64,000 nt of DNA, taken from contig OX337242.1 in NCBI GenBank assembly GCA_946965045.2, positions 2,604,001-2,668,000 of the forward strand, given 5' to 3'. Shown here one piece after another: positions 48,126 through 58,754 of this stretch. Below the pieces are notes generated by a model. That model searched no databases, was not told where the DNA came from, and saw only the letters and a program-made list of their open reading frames with translations. A program made the position numbers and the translations under genes. Within the stretch, counting starts at the first letter, position 1. Every line of letters begins with the position of its first letter. Source of the stretch: Epithemia pelagica (lineage: Eukaryota > Protista > Bacillariophyta).

Positions 48126-49197
48126 GTCGTCTTCGTTGTCGCAACAACAACAACAACAACAATCTCAATCGCAACAAACTGCTTCGGGCAGTGGCTATAT
48201 CAAGACTTTGGAAAGTCAAGTACAAACCTTGTTGACTGGGTTGGGTAAGGAACTCAAGGCCTTGGAACAACACGAGGTGGATTTAAAGGCCATTGTTGTG
48301 GTCCATACCGATCGAGCCAAGGCGCGTCATACCAGTCACAATGAAACGGGCACGCTCATTTCCTTGCGGCGAATTCATCGCACCAATCAAGAATTGCAGC
48401 AGTTGCACCAGGGAATGCACTACTTGCAAGAGGAACGAACCAAGATTCAAGCCCTTTTACAAGAATGCGAGAGCGTGAGGACCAACAATGACAAGAAGAA
48501 AAAGCTGTTGCAATCCGTCCTGCAAGTGAAACTGTCCGATCATGTCGCCAAGGTCAAGCAATTGTTGGCCGTTTCCAGTACCTCGTCCTTTTCTTCGATT
48601 GATGAAAACACTCCACCATCATCACCAGAAGCAGAACAAGACGAAGTCTCGGACGAGGAACTCTTGAAGCAGTTTGCCAGTTCCTTGCAAGAAGCAGCCG
48701 CCGAAAGAGCCGCCGCAAGTCAGTAAGGACACCTACCACCCTGCGTAGGTAGGTAGTTACGAGGTACTTGCTTTGTGGCAAGAATCCAGTCTGGGAGAAA
48801 AATGGGAGAACATTGCTGCACACAGTCACACATACACACACACAAAATTCATTACTACAAGAGATTTGACGACACCTAATTACCTCATGCATCCTATAGT
48901 TCTTGGAACCAGAGCGCACCAAGAAGGAACCAAAGACAAGGGAGTTCCTCCAACACAGCACTCGACTCTTTTTTCCCTCTTGGTGGTTGCTTTGGTCTAT
49001 TCTGGGAAAGACAACGCCATTTTATTTTAGTAGATAGTATTCTTCTTATTTTTGTGATTCTCATTCTTTTTTCTCATCGTCTCTTGCCACACCCGCAATA
49101 AAATCCTTCTCTCGTTGTGGGAAGTTTGTTCCATTCAAGATTCCTCGAAGAATCCCCACGACAACAAGGTTCGAAAGGCTTGCCATTCCTCGACACA

Positions 49198-49449
49198 GTG
49201 AATCATGGCCTTTTGAAGAACCTGGACGACAAAACAAAAACAACAGACATGAGATGATTCGTTTCTGTATTCCAAAACTTGCGCGGTCTCCGTTCCACAA
49301 CGTGCAATACACATCCAATCAACACACAACAGTATACGTACTTCTTTGAGGGCTTCCAAAACACTCATTTCCACTTCTTCGACTTGGGCGGCGCCTTCGC
49401 CTTCTCCTCCTTCTTCGGGAGCGGCCGCAGCTGGTTCTTCGTCCGCCAT
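49198..49449 (-). pseudogene. RPS12: 5' fragment of 40S ribosomal protein S12 (eS12)
   Basis: MADEE..MSVLEALKE, a 120-nt GT-AG intron (49341-49222), then VLQKAMIH. Similarity ends where DGL..GLHE is expected. Confidence 0.8.
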
Positions 49450-49576
49450 GGTGTTGTGGTTGTTGTTTTGAGTTGGAAGTGGTCGGGGTGGTGACTCTCA
49501 CTCTGCTGGCACACAATCGATGCAGCAGGGTCCTCGAATGAGACCCACGACGAGCGTGAGGACGGCAATGTTAGTA

Positions 49577-51111
49577 CGGACTCCGGGGGACAAAAAATTC
49601 CTTCACGATAGCCCGTTTTCACGTTGGTAAGACTTCCGGCCCAACGAGATTCACTACACCATACATTTTCCTAAAGTAAAATGAATTGCCCCTCATTCAC
49701 GGTTGATTCTTGTAAGGTTACACCTCGTAAAGATGAAATCCCTCACCCTCACCATGAGACGAGTATGCGCTTACCCTTCCTGTACGAATAGTAGAACAAC
49801 AATCATACTAGTGCAAAATGTACAAACCGCTTCCTAATGATAAGCCTATATTATGTTACCACCACCACTGCTGCTTGTCGTCGTTGTTATAGGTCACTCG
49901 GCCAAAACGAGGAGTTGATTGTTGCGTTTGGCGCCGTTGTCGGGTCATCGGATTGTCTCGTTCGGCCAAAACAAGGAGTTGATTGTTGCGCTTGTTGTAG
50001 ACCCGTAGAACTGAAAGACACAGAGTTAGAGAGCAGTTGACTGTTACGCTTGGTGTCATTGTCATTATCGTGGCCACGGATTGTTTCACTCGGGCGAAAC
50101 AACGAGTTGATTGTTATGATGGGGACATGCACTGCTACGCGGGGACAAAACCAGTTGGGTTACATGTACTTGGTTGTGTCTGTGGTCATGGTTGTGGGTG
50201 TCGTATCATCATCACCATCCGATGGCTCGGTCGTTGTGGTTGTTGGTTTTGTCGTCGTGATCCTCCATCATGTTCTGGTTGTGGCGACAACGGCCGAGGA
50301 AGCTGCCAAAAAGTGTAGGGAAGTCTCCCTCCATCGTTGCGCCATTTCACTGCCTTTCAGTAGTTTATTGTTGTGTTCTTAGATCCAGTACAACCTCGGG
50401 CACAGCCACCAGTCGTCCAGTCTTAGTCGTTGTTGCCGCTCATCAATGTGCCATGTGCCATACAGTTTTCCGCTCGCAAGGCTCTTCAACCACCGCCACC
50501 ACAGCTCCACGGGGTCAACACCTTCTTCTTCCTCTCAAACTGTGTTGTCGTTGTCGGAAGCAGCCGCACCATCGGCACCACCATCGTCTGTCGCAGTAGA
50601 AGCAGTCCTTCCACCCACGGATGAAGTTTGTTTTGTTTGGACAAATCAGGCGTTTGTTGCATTTGAGCCACCAACGGACGAGGCTTTCAATTGTTGTGTT
50701 CGGACCACTTAATGACGAGAAGTTGATTGTTGCGTGCGGACGTATGTTGGGTGAATTTCTGGATACATTCTATCAATTGTGGTCGTTGTCTTCTCACGGT
50801 CACTTCGTTTGTTGCGTATGCCAAAAAGGAAGACTTCAAAACCTTGCCGTAGGTCCATCAATCAAGCCAACCCATCGTCGCCCTTTTCACCCATCACGGT
50901 ACACTTGATTCTGAAGACACCGTGATGGTCGGAGGAGTACTAGGACCTTTCGTTGGAGGTACACACCGGCTTGAGTTGCCATGGTGGTGCCTTGTGCAGT
51001 ACAATGACCGTGGTGTGTTTCCTAGACCAGGCCCAGATTACTGTAGATAATAGAGTACGAGTATGAAAAGTACGGGTAACTATGGAGGAATTTTTTGTCC
51101 CCCGGAGTCCG
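49577..51111. mobile_element. Non-autonomous TIR element A (1535 bp)
   Basis: Perfect 26-bp TIR CGGACTCCGGGGGACAAAAAATTCCT, flanked by TA on both sides (49575-49576 / 51112-51113). The interior is low-complexity and non-coding. Confidence 0.85.
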
Positions 51112-51939
51112 TAGAGAGGTAAGCGGTAATCTCGGACGTCGCACAGACGCTTTGCTCCACGTTTACGTATGTCAGGAGACGCCCAAACGCCAGTATGTTC
51201 TGGGGATGGCCGACGCCCATCACGGCTGATCCGGCGTGCAAGTTGCATCCACCCACCATGATGGCGGCGCGCACCTCTCTTCTGTGGCGTGCGTGTTTCT
51301 CAAAAAACACAAGAAAGGAAGAAGCAACCATTGAATCCGCAGCGTCTTGTTTGGTTGTTGTTTTTGGTTGTGGTTTCTGGGAAGATTTCTCATTCAAACA
51401 ACAATCAAGAGACAAGGACAAACAAGACAACAGAACCAACATCCAAACTATTGATCAATAAGAACTGCTGAGCTCTCTCTCTTGTTGTTCCAAAGTCTGT
51501 TCTTCCAATTCCCATTGTTCTTCTCACAGATTGCCAAACGGAACGGTTCTCTCGAACAAAAAAAGGAAGAAGGCGTCCACAAAAAGGAGAATCTGAAAGC
51601 CTTGGTTGTCACGGAACGTTTGGAACTTTTATATCCTGTTTCGGTCCTTTCCCATTCTTCTCGGTTGGTGCAATCGAAGCGGAGAGCGGAGGTGTTGGTT
51701 CCTTCTCCCCCAAACCAAAAGAAGACAGCCAAAATAGGAAGGAATCTACCGACCTGTCGCGAAACAGTCTGGTTTGTGTGTGTTTGGAGGAAGGAAGGAA
51801 GGAATGGAATGGTCCAGGCTGCATAATACTCCAGCGGCATTACCTTCCTCCGAAATATAGAATAATCAAAACAAGAGGGAACGGCACCGAGAAACGGTGT
51901 AAAACAGGTGCGTCCATCCCATGAAACATCAATCGATAT

Positions 51940-53611
51940 GGGTAACCGTAGTGGCCCGTGCTTCACGTTTCCGATACTCGGTTGAACTTCCGGCCCTACG
52001 AGATTCACTACACCATACATTTTCGTAAAGTAAAATGAATTGCCCTCATGCTCTTGCACATTTTGTTGCGAGATTCTTCTCACCAACTGCACCCACACCA
52101 TCACCATGGTGAGGCGGCGCTAGCACAATAATCAACCCGCCTCCTCTACGAGTATGCATATAAACAGCTACTAGTACAGAACATCTATCTATCTTAGTAC
52201 ATGCTTCTCTGTGTCGTAGGTCGTACAATAGGCAATCGTTTCGGTGTTGAGTATGGTGCTGTTGCCGTGCCGTGGTCGCCGAATGTTTTGCCGTTTGGCC
52301 GAAACGAGCGGTTGATTGTTGAGTATGTCATTGTCGTCGGATGTCGCTGTCGTCGCTTGTCGTTGTCGCCGCTTGTCGTTGTTGCCGCTTGCTGTCTTGT
52401 CGCATGCCGTTGTCGTCGCTTGTCGTTGTCACCGCTTGCTGTTGTTGAAGGGCACAGTCTCGGGCAGAGGGTTCGGTGACAGCGAATAGTTGATTGTTGC
52501 GTGGGGGTTGTGGTTGTTGTTGCCGAGTGTTGTTTTTGTTGTTGTTTGTTCATTCGTTCGTTCGTTCGATCAGTGGCGGTGAGTAGTTGATTGTTGTGTT
52601 TGGATTTTTGTTGTCGCCGAGTGTTGTTGCTGTCGTTCATTCGTTCTTTCGTTCGTTCGTTCGTTCGTTCATTCGATCGATCGGCTGTGACATCGTCGCC
52701 GATTGTTTCGCCATTTGTAGTTGAGCCGCTTGTGGTTGTCGTTGTCGTCGCTTGTTACCACCAGTGGACGAGGCTTCGATTTGTTGGGTGAGGGCAACGA
52801 AAAGACGAGGAGTTGATTGTTTCGTCGCACGGTAGAAGAAGGAGGACGACCACACCATCTTGTCGCCGAGTCTTGCCGCCGAGTGTCGTTGTCGAGTGTT
52901 GTTGCCGAGTGTTGTTGTTGTTCGTTCGGTGGCAGCGAGGAGTGAGTAGTTGATTGTTGTGTTTGGGTTTTGGGTTGTTGTTGTTGTTGCCGAGTGTTGT
53001 CGACTCGCAAGGCTCTTCGACCATCGCCCATCAGCTTCACGGCATCCCCTCCTTCTTCCACTCAAATTGTGCTGTGGGAATCAGCCGCACCACCGGCACC
53101 ACCATCGTCTGTCGCAGTAGAAGCAGTCCTTCCACCCACGGTTCACGTTTGTTTTGTCTGGACAAATCAGCTTTTGTTGCGTTTGAGCCACCAACGGTCG
53201 AGGCTTTCCAATGTTGTGCTCGGTCTATTAAGTGACGAGGAGTTGATTGCTGCATGCGGACGTATGATCGGTGACTTGCTGGATGCATTCTATCGGTTGT
53301 CGTCGTCTTCTTCTCAAGGTCACTTCCTCTGTTTCGGATGCCAAATAAGGAAGACTTCAAAACCTTGCCGTCGGTCCATAAAAAAAGCCAACTCATCCCT
53401 GCCCGCCCATTCCCTCACGGTACACTTGATTCTTAGGCATCCTTGATGGTTGCAAGAGAGCTGGCACCTTTCGTTGGAGGTGCACACCGGCTTGAGTGTG
53501 TCATGGTGGTGTTACGCAGTGCAAAATGACCGTAGTGGTGTCCCTACGAAGTTAGAATCACTGTAGAAAAAACAGTGGGGGTATGAAAAGCACGGGCCAC
53601 TACGGTTACCC
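51940..53611. mobile_element. Non-autonomous TIR element B (1672 bp), internally related to A
   Basis: Perfect 24-bp TIR GGGTAACCGTAGTGGCCCGTGCTT, flanked by AT on both sides. It shares about 600 bp (53005-53600 vs 50475-51075) and about 70 bp near the left end with A. Confidence 0.85.
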
Positions 53612-53942
53612 ATGGAGCTCGTACTCCTCAGCGCACATTATATGAACATACAATAGACAAAGAATAAACTACTACAAGATGGGAAGTGGATCTTTGGGGA
53701 CCCAAGATTCCCTCCGTATCGGTGACCACCTCTAAATCGTCTGCCAGTCGTTCACCGAATTCTTCTCTGACCTGGTTTTTTTTCCTTTTGTCATACAAAT
53801 TTTTTGGTCAATTTCCTATTCTTCACGCCGGCATGGTATCTCCTTCGTCGGCATTGGCGCCTCGCCCGACTCGGAAACTGTCCAACCGCCTTTCTCCAAC
53901 TCTTTCAAATATGGCATCCAGATCCTTTCGATCAACTATAAG

Positions 53943-56501
53943 ATGACCATGACAACTGTTCCAATTGGAACAGCTCAAGATGCGCAAGCTGATGTTGATA
54001 ATGCCATCCATCGTCAGTTCAACTGGCAAGCCGAACTTTATTTCACAGACCTTGAAAACTTTGACAATCAAGCAATAGATCTGTTTCAATTCACTGATAA
54101 AAACCACTACCATTTTCGACGACAATCATCCAAATCAAAAAGTACTGAAGAACTGCCACATTTGGTTATCTTTGACAGAAAGAAATATCCTCCGAATGAT
54201 GACGGCATTAAGAGACTGTGCACAGCTCTAAAGATTGAGGGTATCAAATCAGGAACTAACCTTGTCTATCGCAGCCAAGCGCATGTTCTCTCTTGTTTCC
54301 GTTGTAGGAAACATGGTCCCCGACGTTCGAAAGTCATCCCATCTACCAACATCCCCGACCAACCAAATGGAAGCCCGATGGACAACAATGATACGGCACA
54401 GCCAGACAACATTCTATCAGACAAAACTTTCGACAATGACGGTGTCCGTCTTGGTATACGACCATACCGATACCACCGTGATCGGAGCATGAACCGTTGT
54501 GGTGGGAAATCATCTGTTCGGGGAACTTCGACAATGCGACCTGTTCATGCTGAAGAAACATGCAAAGTTGCACTGCGTCTTGGTGTGAAAGAGGGTCCTG
54601 ACGGGTACATATACCTCAAACAAGGGTGTGGACATCGACTTCATTCTTTCCACCCCAAACCACAAAAAGGTGATCTGTGTTTTGCTAAACGCCACATTTC
54701 CGACTCCACATACAAGCTCATCACCAGTGGTGCTAAAGTTTCTGTGGGCAATGGCTCTCTAAGATGCATTGTCTTAGAAAATCAAAGTGAGCTGATATCC
54801 CGTGGATCAATACAAAGAATTCGAATGGAGCCTGACTTCCTAACAAACAATGAGCAACGTGAGTCCACTGCTTCCCAGATGGTGCACTGGTTACGAAAGC
54901 ATGCAGCAGATCCAAATGTAGGATTGTGTTATTGCTTTCTCTCTTGCCGTCAAAGCAGATATCCCGGCTACCACCGACATCCCAAAGGAAGGCCTGGACA
55001 AACTGGAAGAATTCCTCTTGACAAAGTAGAGGAAAACATGGAATATGTGGATACTCTCGAGAATACCTATAGAACAGCTCAAAGTGTAGAACAATCACAA
55101 GAGCTCCCTTTGGACAACGATGCACTCAATCAGACATTGAACATGGCTCGAGAAATTCATAATGATTCATTGATTGATCTCGAAAGTCATAGAATTCTCC
55201 TGGGGGCAGGGTGGGTTGATGCTCAAGCCTTTGCCCAATTCCAAAGATTCCCCGAAGTTCTATTCATCGATTCCACCCATAAAACCAACAACGAAGCTCG
55301 TCCACTCCTCATGATTTGTGGCAGAGATCAGTCAGGGAAGGCATTTGTGGTTGCTCGAATATTTATGCCGAATGAGACCAGTGCATTTTACCGTTGGGTT
55401 TTCCTCAAGTGCCTGCCGTGTCTTCTTGGAGAAGCCAATCTAAAACGTGTGAAACTGGTAATCACTGATGGTGATGCCCAAGAGTTCGAAGCAGTTGAAG
55501 AGTCCTGCCTCCATTATCTGACGAATGCCTTCAGGGGGCGGTGTATGTACCATATTGTCCAAAAGACTTTTGAAAGAACTATCCCAAACTCAATTACATG
55601 TTCGCCACATGGTCTCTTTGTTCTCCAAGCTATTCGGACATGGATTTATACATGGGGTGACGGATCCTCATGTTCATCCGAGATACAATTTAGTCTCTCC
55701 AAAGATCTTTTGCTTAAGAAGATTGAATCGGACGAATTGTGTCATTCAATATCACCAGAGGGTCTGGCTCTCCTCGGAAAGTGGCTCGTAGAAAAAATTC
55801 TTCCAAATGAAAACACCTTTGCATTTTGGCGAAAGAGGTTCCATCGGTGTTTTGACGAGTACATGAACAATTCTGGTGAAGCCATGAATAGATCATGTAA
55901 ACATTCCGATGTTTCAACACGTCCAAATATGTCAATGGCATCATCTGCAAATGCTATGTTCACCCATTCAAGTTTGTCTGCAAAAGATCGACGCTGTGCA
56001 GCGCTTCGCCAGATGGTGGCGACTCCACTTTTCATCAAGGAAGGTTCATGTCACAACGTAGATATTCTTCAAAAATTATCCAACATGGCACGTCATATGC
56101 TTATACAGCAATATTCACAACGAAACAAGTATACTGTTCTCCGTCATTCAGAGAAAGTATGGTATATTCTCAGAAATTCTGTGTCACCATCTTCAGAATT
56201 CAAAACTAGAACAGTGGCTGGAATGGCTCCTCCCTCTTTCAAGACAGCTTGGCGTATGGAATTAAATAGTCAGGATATCTTGTGTTGCGAGTGTGGATAC
56301 AAACAGCGAAATGGAATACCGTGCCGCCATTTGTTCTGTGTTGAAGATGCATATGATTTGTCAGACATCTCAGTTCGATGGCAAATGGGGTACTCATATT
56401 ATGCATTTGTCTCTGAATATCCCTCCATTACAGAATCGTACTTACGTGGACATGACTCAGATCATGAGGGCATACGAATGAAGACTGATACATTTTATTA
56501 G
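53943..56501 (+). CDS. MULE-family DDE transposase with SWIM zinc finger (852 aa)
   Basis: PEVLFIDSTHKTN..PLL..GRD, VITDGD, RGRCMYH, MNNSGEAMN and the SWIM motif CCECGY...GIPCRH. An N-terminal C..C..HRLH region resembles a FAR1/WRKY-like DNA-binding domain. Confidence 0.92.
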   Translation: MTMTTVPIGTAQDAQADVDNAIHRQFNWQAELYFTDLENFDNQAIDLFQFTDKNHYHFRRQSSKSKSTEELPHLVIFDRKKYPPNDDGIKRLCTALKIEGIKSGTNLVYRSQAHVLSCFRCRKHGPRRSKVIPSTNIPDQPNGSPMDNNDTAQPDNILSDKTFDNDGVRLGIRPYRYHRDRSMNRCGGKSSVRGTSTMRPVHAEETCKVALRLGVKEGPDGYIYLKQGCGHRLHSFHPKPQKGDLCFAKRHISDSTYKLITSGAKVSVGNGSLRCIVLENQSELISRGSIQRIRMEPDFLTNNEQRESTASQMVHWLRKHAADPNVGLCYCFLSCRQSRYPGYHRHPKGRPGQTGRIPLDKVEENMEYVDTLENTYRTAQSVEQSQELPLDNDALNQTLNMAREIHNDSLIDLESHRILLGAGWVDAQAFAQFQRFPEVLFIDSTHKTNNEARPLLMICGRDQSGKAFVVARIFMPNETSAFYRWVFLKCLPCLLGEANLKRVKLVITDGDAQEFEAVEESCLHYLTNAFRGRCMYHIVQKTFERTIPNSITCSPHGLFVLQAIRTWIYTWGDGSSCSSEIQFSLSKDLLLKKIESDELCHSISPEGLALLGKWLVEKILPNENTFAFWRKRFHRCFDEYMNNSGEAMNRSCKHSDVSTRPNMSMASSANAMFTHSSLSAKDRRCAALRQMVATPLFIKEGSCHNVDILQKLSNMARHMLIQQYSQRNKYTVLRHSEKVWYILRNSVSPSSEFKTRTVAGMAPPSFKTAWRMELNSQDILCCECGYKQRNGIPCRHLFCVEDAYDLSDISVRWQMGYSYYAFVSEYPSITESYLRGHDSDHEGIRMKTDTFY

Positions 56502-58750
56502 TTGAGTGCTTCTTGAATAGAATCCGATAAATATTTGGTTCTGGTAGAGTGTTCAAATTTTTCATCAATACGGGCATGTTTGATTCCTTTTGATATCACA
56601 GCCTCATGCTTCATGTAAATTTCATGTCCCAATTTGAATGTCGCATCATAGGGCCATCGTACAACTAGAGGTCCAACGGTGTAAACAGACATGCCATTTT
56701 TCTTCCATAACACAACACCACTCTTTGTGGGCTCGTACACAATTTGATCGGCCCATACAAGATCAGTGAATCTTTGTGCTTCTTTGTGTTGGGCTTGAAA
56801 TATGTTGCACACAATACTCTCTGCATTTCTTCGGGAACAAAATTTTCCTGACACATCTTCAACGGCCTTTGTGAAAGAATCAAGCAGTTGTTTTGTCCCT
56901 TGTTCCCCTTTCCTCAAACCATATTCACGGCTCAAGAATTGAAAACCACATGATTCATGAGTACCTTGTATTTCGAAAGAATACCACAACGGGACACACC
57001 CAACAATGGACATTGCATTTATCAGATGATTAGTTCCCACGACACCACATGAAGGCAAACTTCCCTTCAATCCCTTTATAGTCATGTTGTATAAGTTTGC
57101 CCTTGTTTTCTTGTTTGTTGGTGCATCGTCATATCCGAATGATTGAATGCAGACAAATACCATATGCCGTATCTGTTCCTTAAACTGCTCGAAGGATGGT
57201 AGATTTGTTTCAGAACTTGTTGTAAATCGTGTCCCAGGGATTGGTTTCTTTGAATTTTTATACGAACCATATATCTCGTGAACTCTTTCCAATAGGTTGT
57301 ATCCAAATTCCAATCCGGTCTGCTTCAGCACAGGTCGCTGTAATACTTCAATAAGCGCAGCGGTAGCAAAGAACGTTGTGAAGGAACACAATGCAAAAGA
57401 CCGGAAGATGCATATGACCTCCACAAAATCAAGATGGAATTGTTTGATCATTCGCAAACTGTAGTGAATAATGGGAGACACATAGATGGACGCCTCTAAA
57501 TGACATGGATACAGACTGTAACCAATTCCGCACCAAGCACCATCACTCTTGGTTGTCGTTGCAAATGTTAATGGGCCAGTGTTTTTTCTTGCATCGTCAA
57601 TAGATTCATACCTGTGCAATAGGAATCGGAGAGACGGACCAATGTCTTCGTTCTCCCTGTGCTCTGCATCCAATATGGACTTCCTTGTAGCGGCAATTAC
57701 TGAAATTCTCAAAGAACGCACACCACATGGAACAACCTTGGAAAGAATCACAACCTCTGGAAAATTAGGATCATTGAGATCATCATCGTGAAAGCCACAT
57801 TGTCCAACTTCTGCTGAATTTACGTCTGTCGCAGCTATCCGAATGTATTCAATTACATTCTCCTTATCGATTCGCTTTGCATACCTTTCCAGTCGCTGGG
57901 TCGAACGGCCATGCCAAACATGAGGACAGTTTTGTTTGATCATTTTTGTCATTGTACAAAGTACCTTGACCATTATAGGGTCCATTGTTCCATCCAACAT
58001 CGAAGGACGTGACAGTCTGTGATTGGCCTTATCACGAGAAAAGGCACGACCACCACCAAACCCGGCATCTTGCCAGAGATGTTGTCGTGGCATATGCGTT
58101 GATCTGTCACTAACCATCCCCTCTTTCTGCAGAAGTAACAGAGAAGAAAGATCCTGCCATGGTATACCAATCTCCTCTATGATCCGTGTTTCAATAAATT
58201 GGAAGTCGGCTGAATTGGGTGGGAAAGAATCTTGCTTTGGAAAAACTGAATGGACGGGGATGATACATTCTTCTGGGAACTTGAAATCAGGTGCATTTGC
58301 AGTGAAATGCCCATGCGGAATGTGAAGTGATTTGGCCACTGTGCAGACTGTGACTTCATCCAATGGTTGGTAAATAGAAACAATGGAACTCATGTAGTCC
58401 AATCTGGCATGGAAAAAAGGACCTTCGGACATCATCTGCTTTTGTAGCGATCTGGGAACATCCTTCCACTTTTTTGATGGAATTTCAAAAAGGAATGGAA
58501 GAGCCATATTATACTTCACTGATGCTTTCTGATCCATCTTGTGCTTCTTGGAAACGTGCTTAGGCTGACGTTCTGCATCAATAATCTCACGCGATGTGGA
58601 AGTACTTATGTCTCGTGGAACCGACTGGGTCTCGACAGGAACCTTATCAACACTCGACCAACTTGTGTCTCCATCAAGTAGATCAGCAATAACACGGAGA
58701 AGACCAGATACCTTCCAACAACGACCCTCATCAACGAGTAATCGATCCAT
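56498..58750 (-). CDS. Transposon accessory protein (750 aa), function unknown
   Basis: Uninterrupted ORF inside the TIRs, convergent with the transposase and overlapping its end by 4 bp. It contains GFHDDDLND..RISVIAATRKS. Confidence 0.8.
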   Translation of the reverse strand: MDRLLVDEGRCWKVSGLLRVIADLLDGDTSWSSVDKVPVETQSVPRDISTSTSREIIDAERQPKHVSKKHKMDQKASVKYNMALPFLFEIPSKKWKDVPRSLQKQMMSEGPFFHARLDYMSSIVSIYQPLDEVTVCTVAKSLHIPHGHFTANAPDFKFPEECIIPVHSVFPKQDSFPPNSADFQFIETRIIEEIGIPWQDLSSLLLLQKEGMVSDRSTHMPRQHLWQDAGFGGGRAFSRDKANHRLSRPSMLDGTMDPIMVKVLCTMTKMIKQNCPHVWHGRSTQRLERYAKRIDKENVIEYIRIAATDVNSAEVGQCGFHDDDLNDPNFPEVVILSKVVPCGVRSLRISVIAATRKSILDAEHRENEDIGPSLRFLLHRYESIDDARKNTGPLTFATTTKSDGAWCGIGYSLYPCHLEASIYVSPIIHYSLRMIKQFHLDFVEVICIFRSFALCSFTTFFATAALIEVLQRPVLKQTGLEFGYNLLERVHEIYGSYKNSKKPIPGTRFTTSSETNLPSFEQFKEQIRHMVFVCIQSFGYDDAPTNKKTRANLYNMTIKGLKGSLPSCGVVGTNHLINAMSIVGCVPLWYSFEIQGTHESCGFQFLSREYGLRKGEQGTKQLLDSFTKAVEDVSGKFCSRRNAESIVCNIFQAQHKEAQRFTDLVWADQIVYEPTKSGVVLWKKNGMSVYTVGPLVVRWPYDATFKLGHEIYMKHEAVISKGIKHARIDEKFEHSTRTKYLSDSIQEALN

Positions 58751-58754
58751 TTCA

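Larger units (their letters stand above)
40471..48726 (+). pseudogene. Coiled-coil hypothetical protein gene (about 274 aa) interrupted by the copia at 40700-48125
   Basis: Codons 1-76 (40471-40698) join in frame to 48130-48726 once the element and one GTCGT are removed. An uninterrupted copy of the junction lies at 63762-64000. Confidence 0.88.

Noticed and set aside
49837-53446. Many Cys/Val- or Thr/Gln-rich ORFs
   Set aside because: They derive from GTT/GTC/TTCG low-complexity tracts inside the non-autonomous elements.
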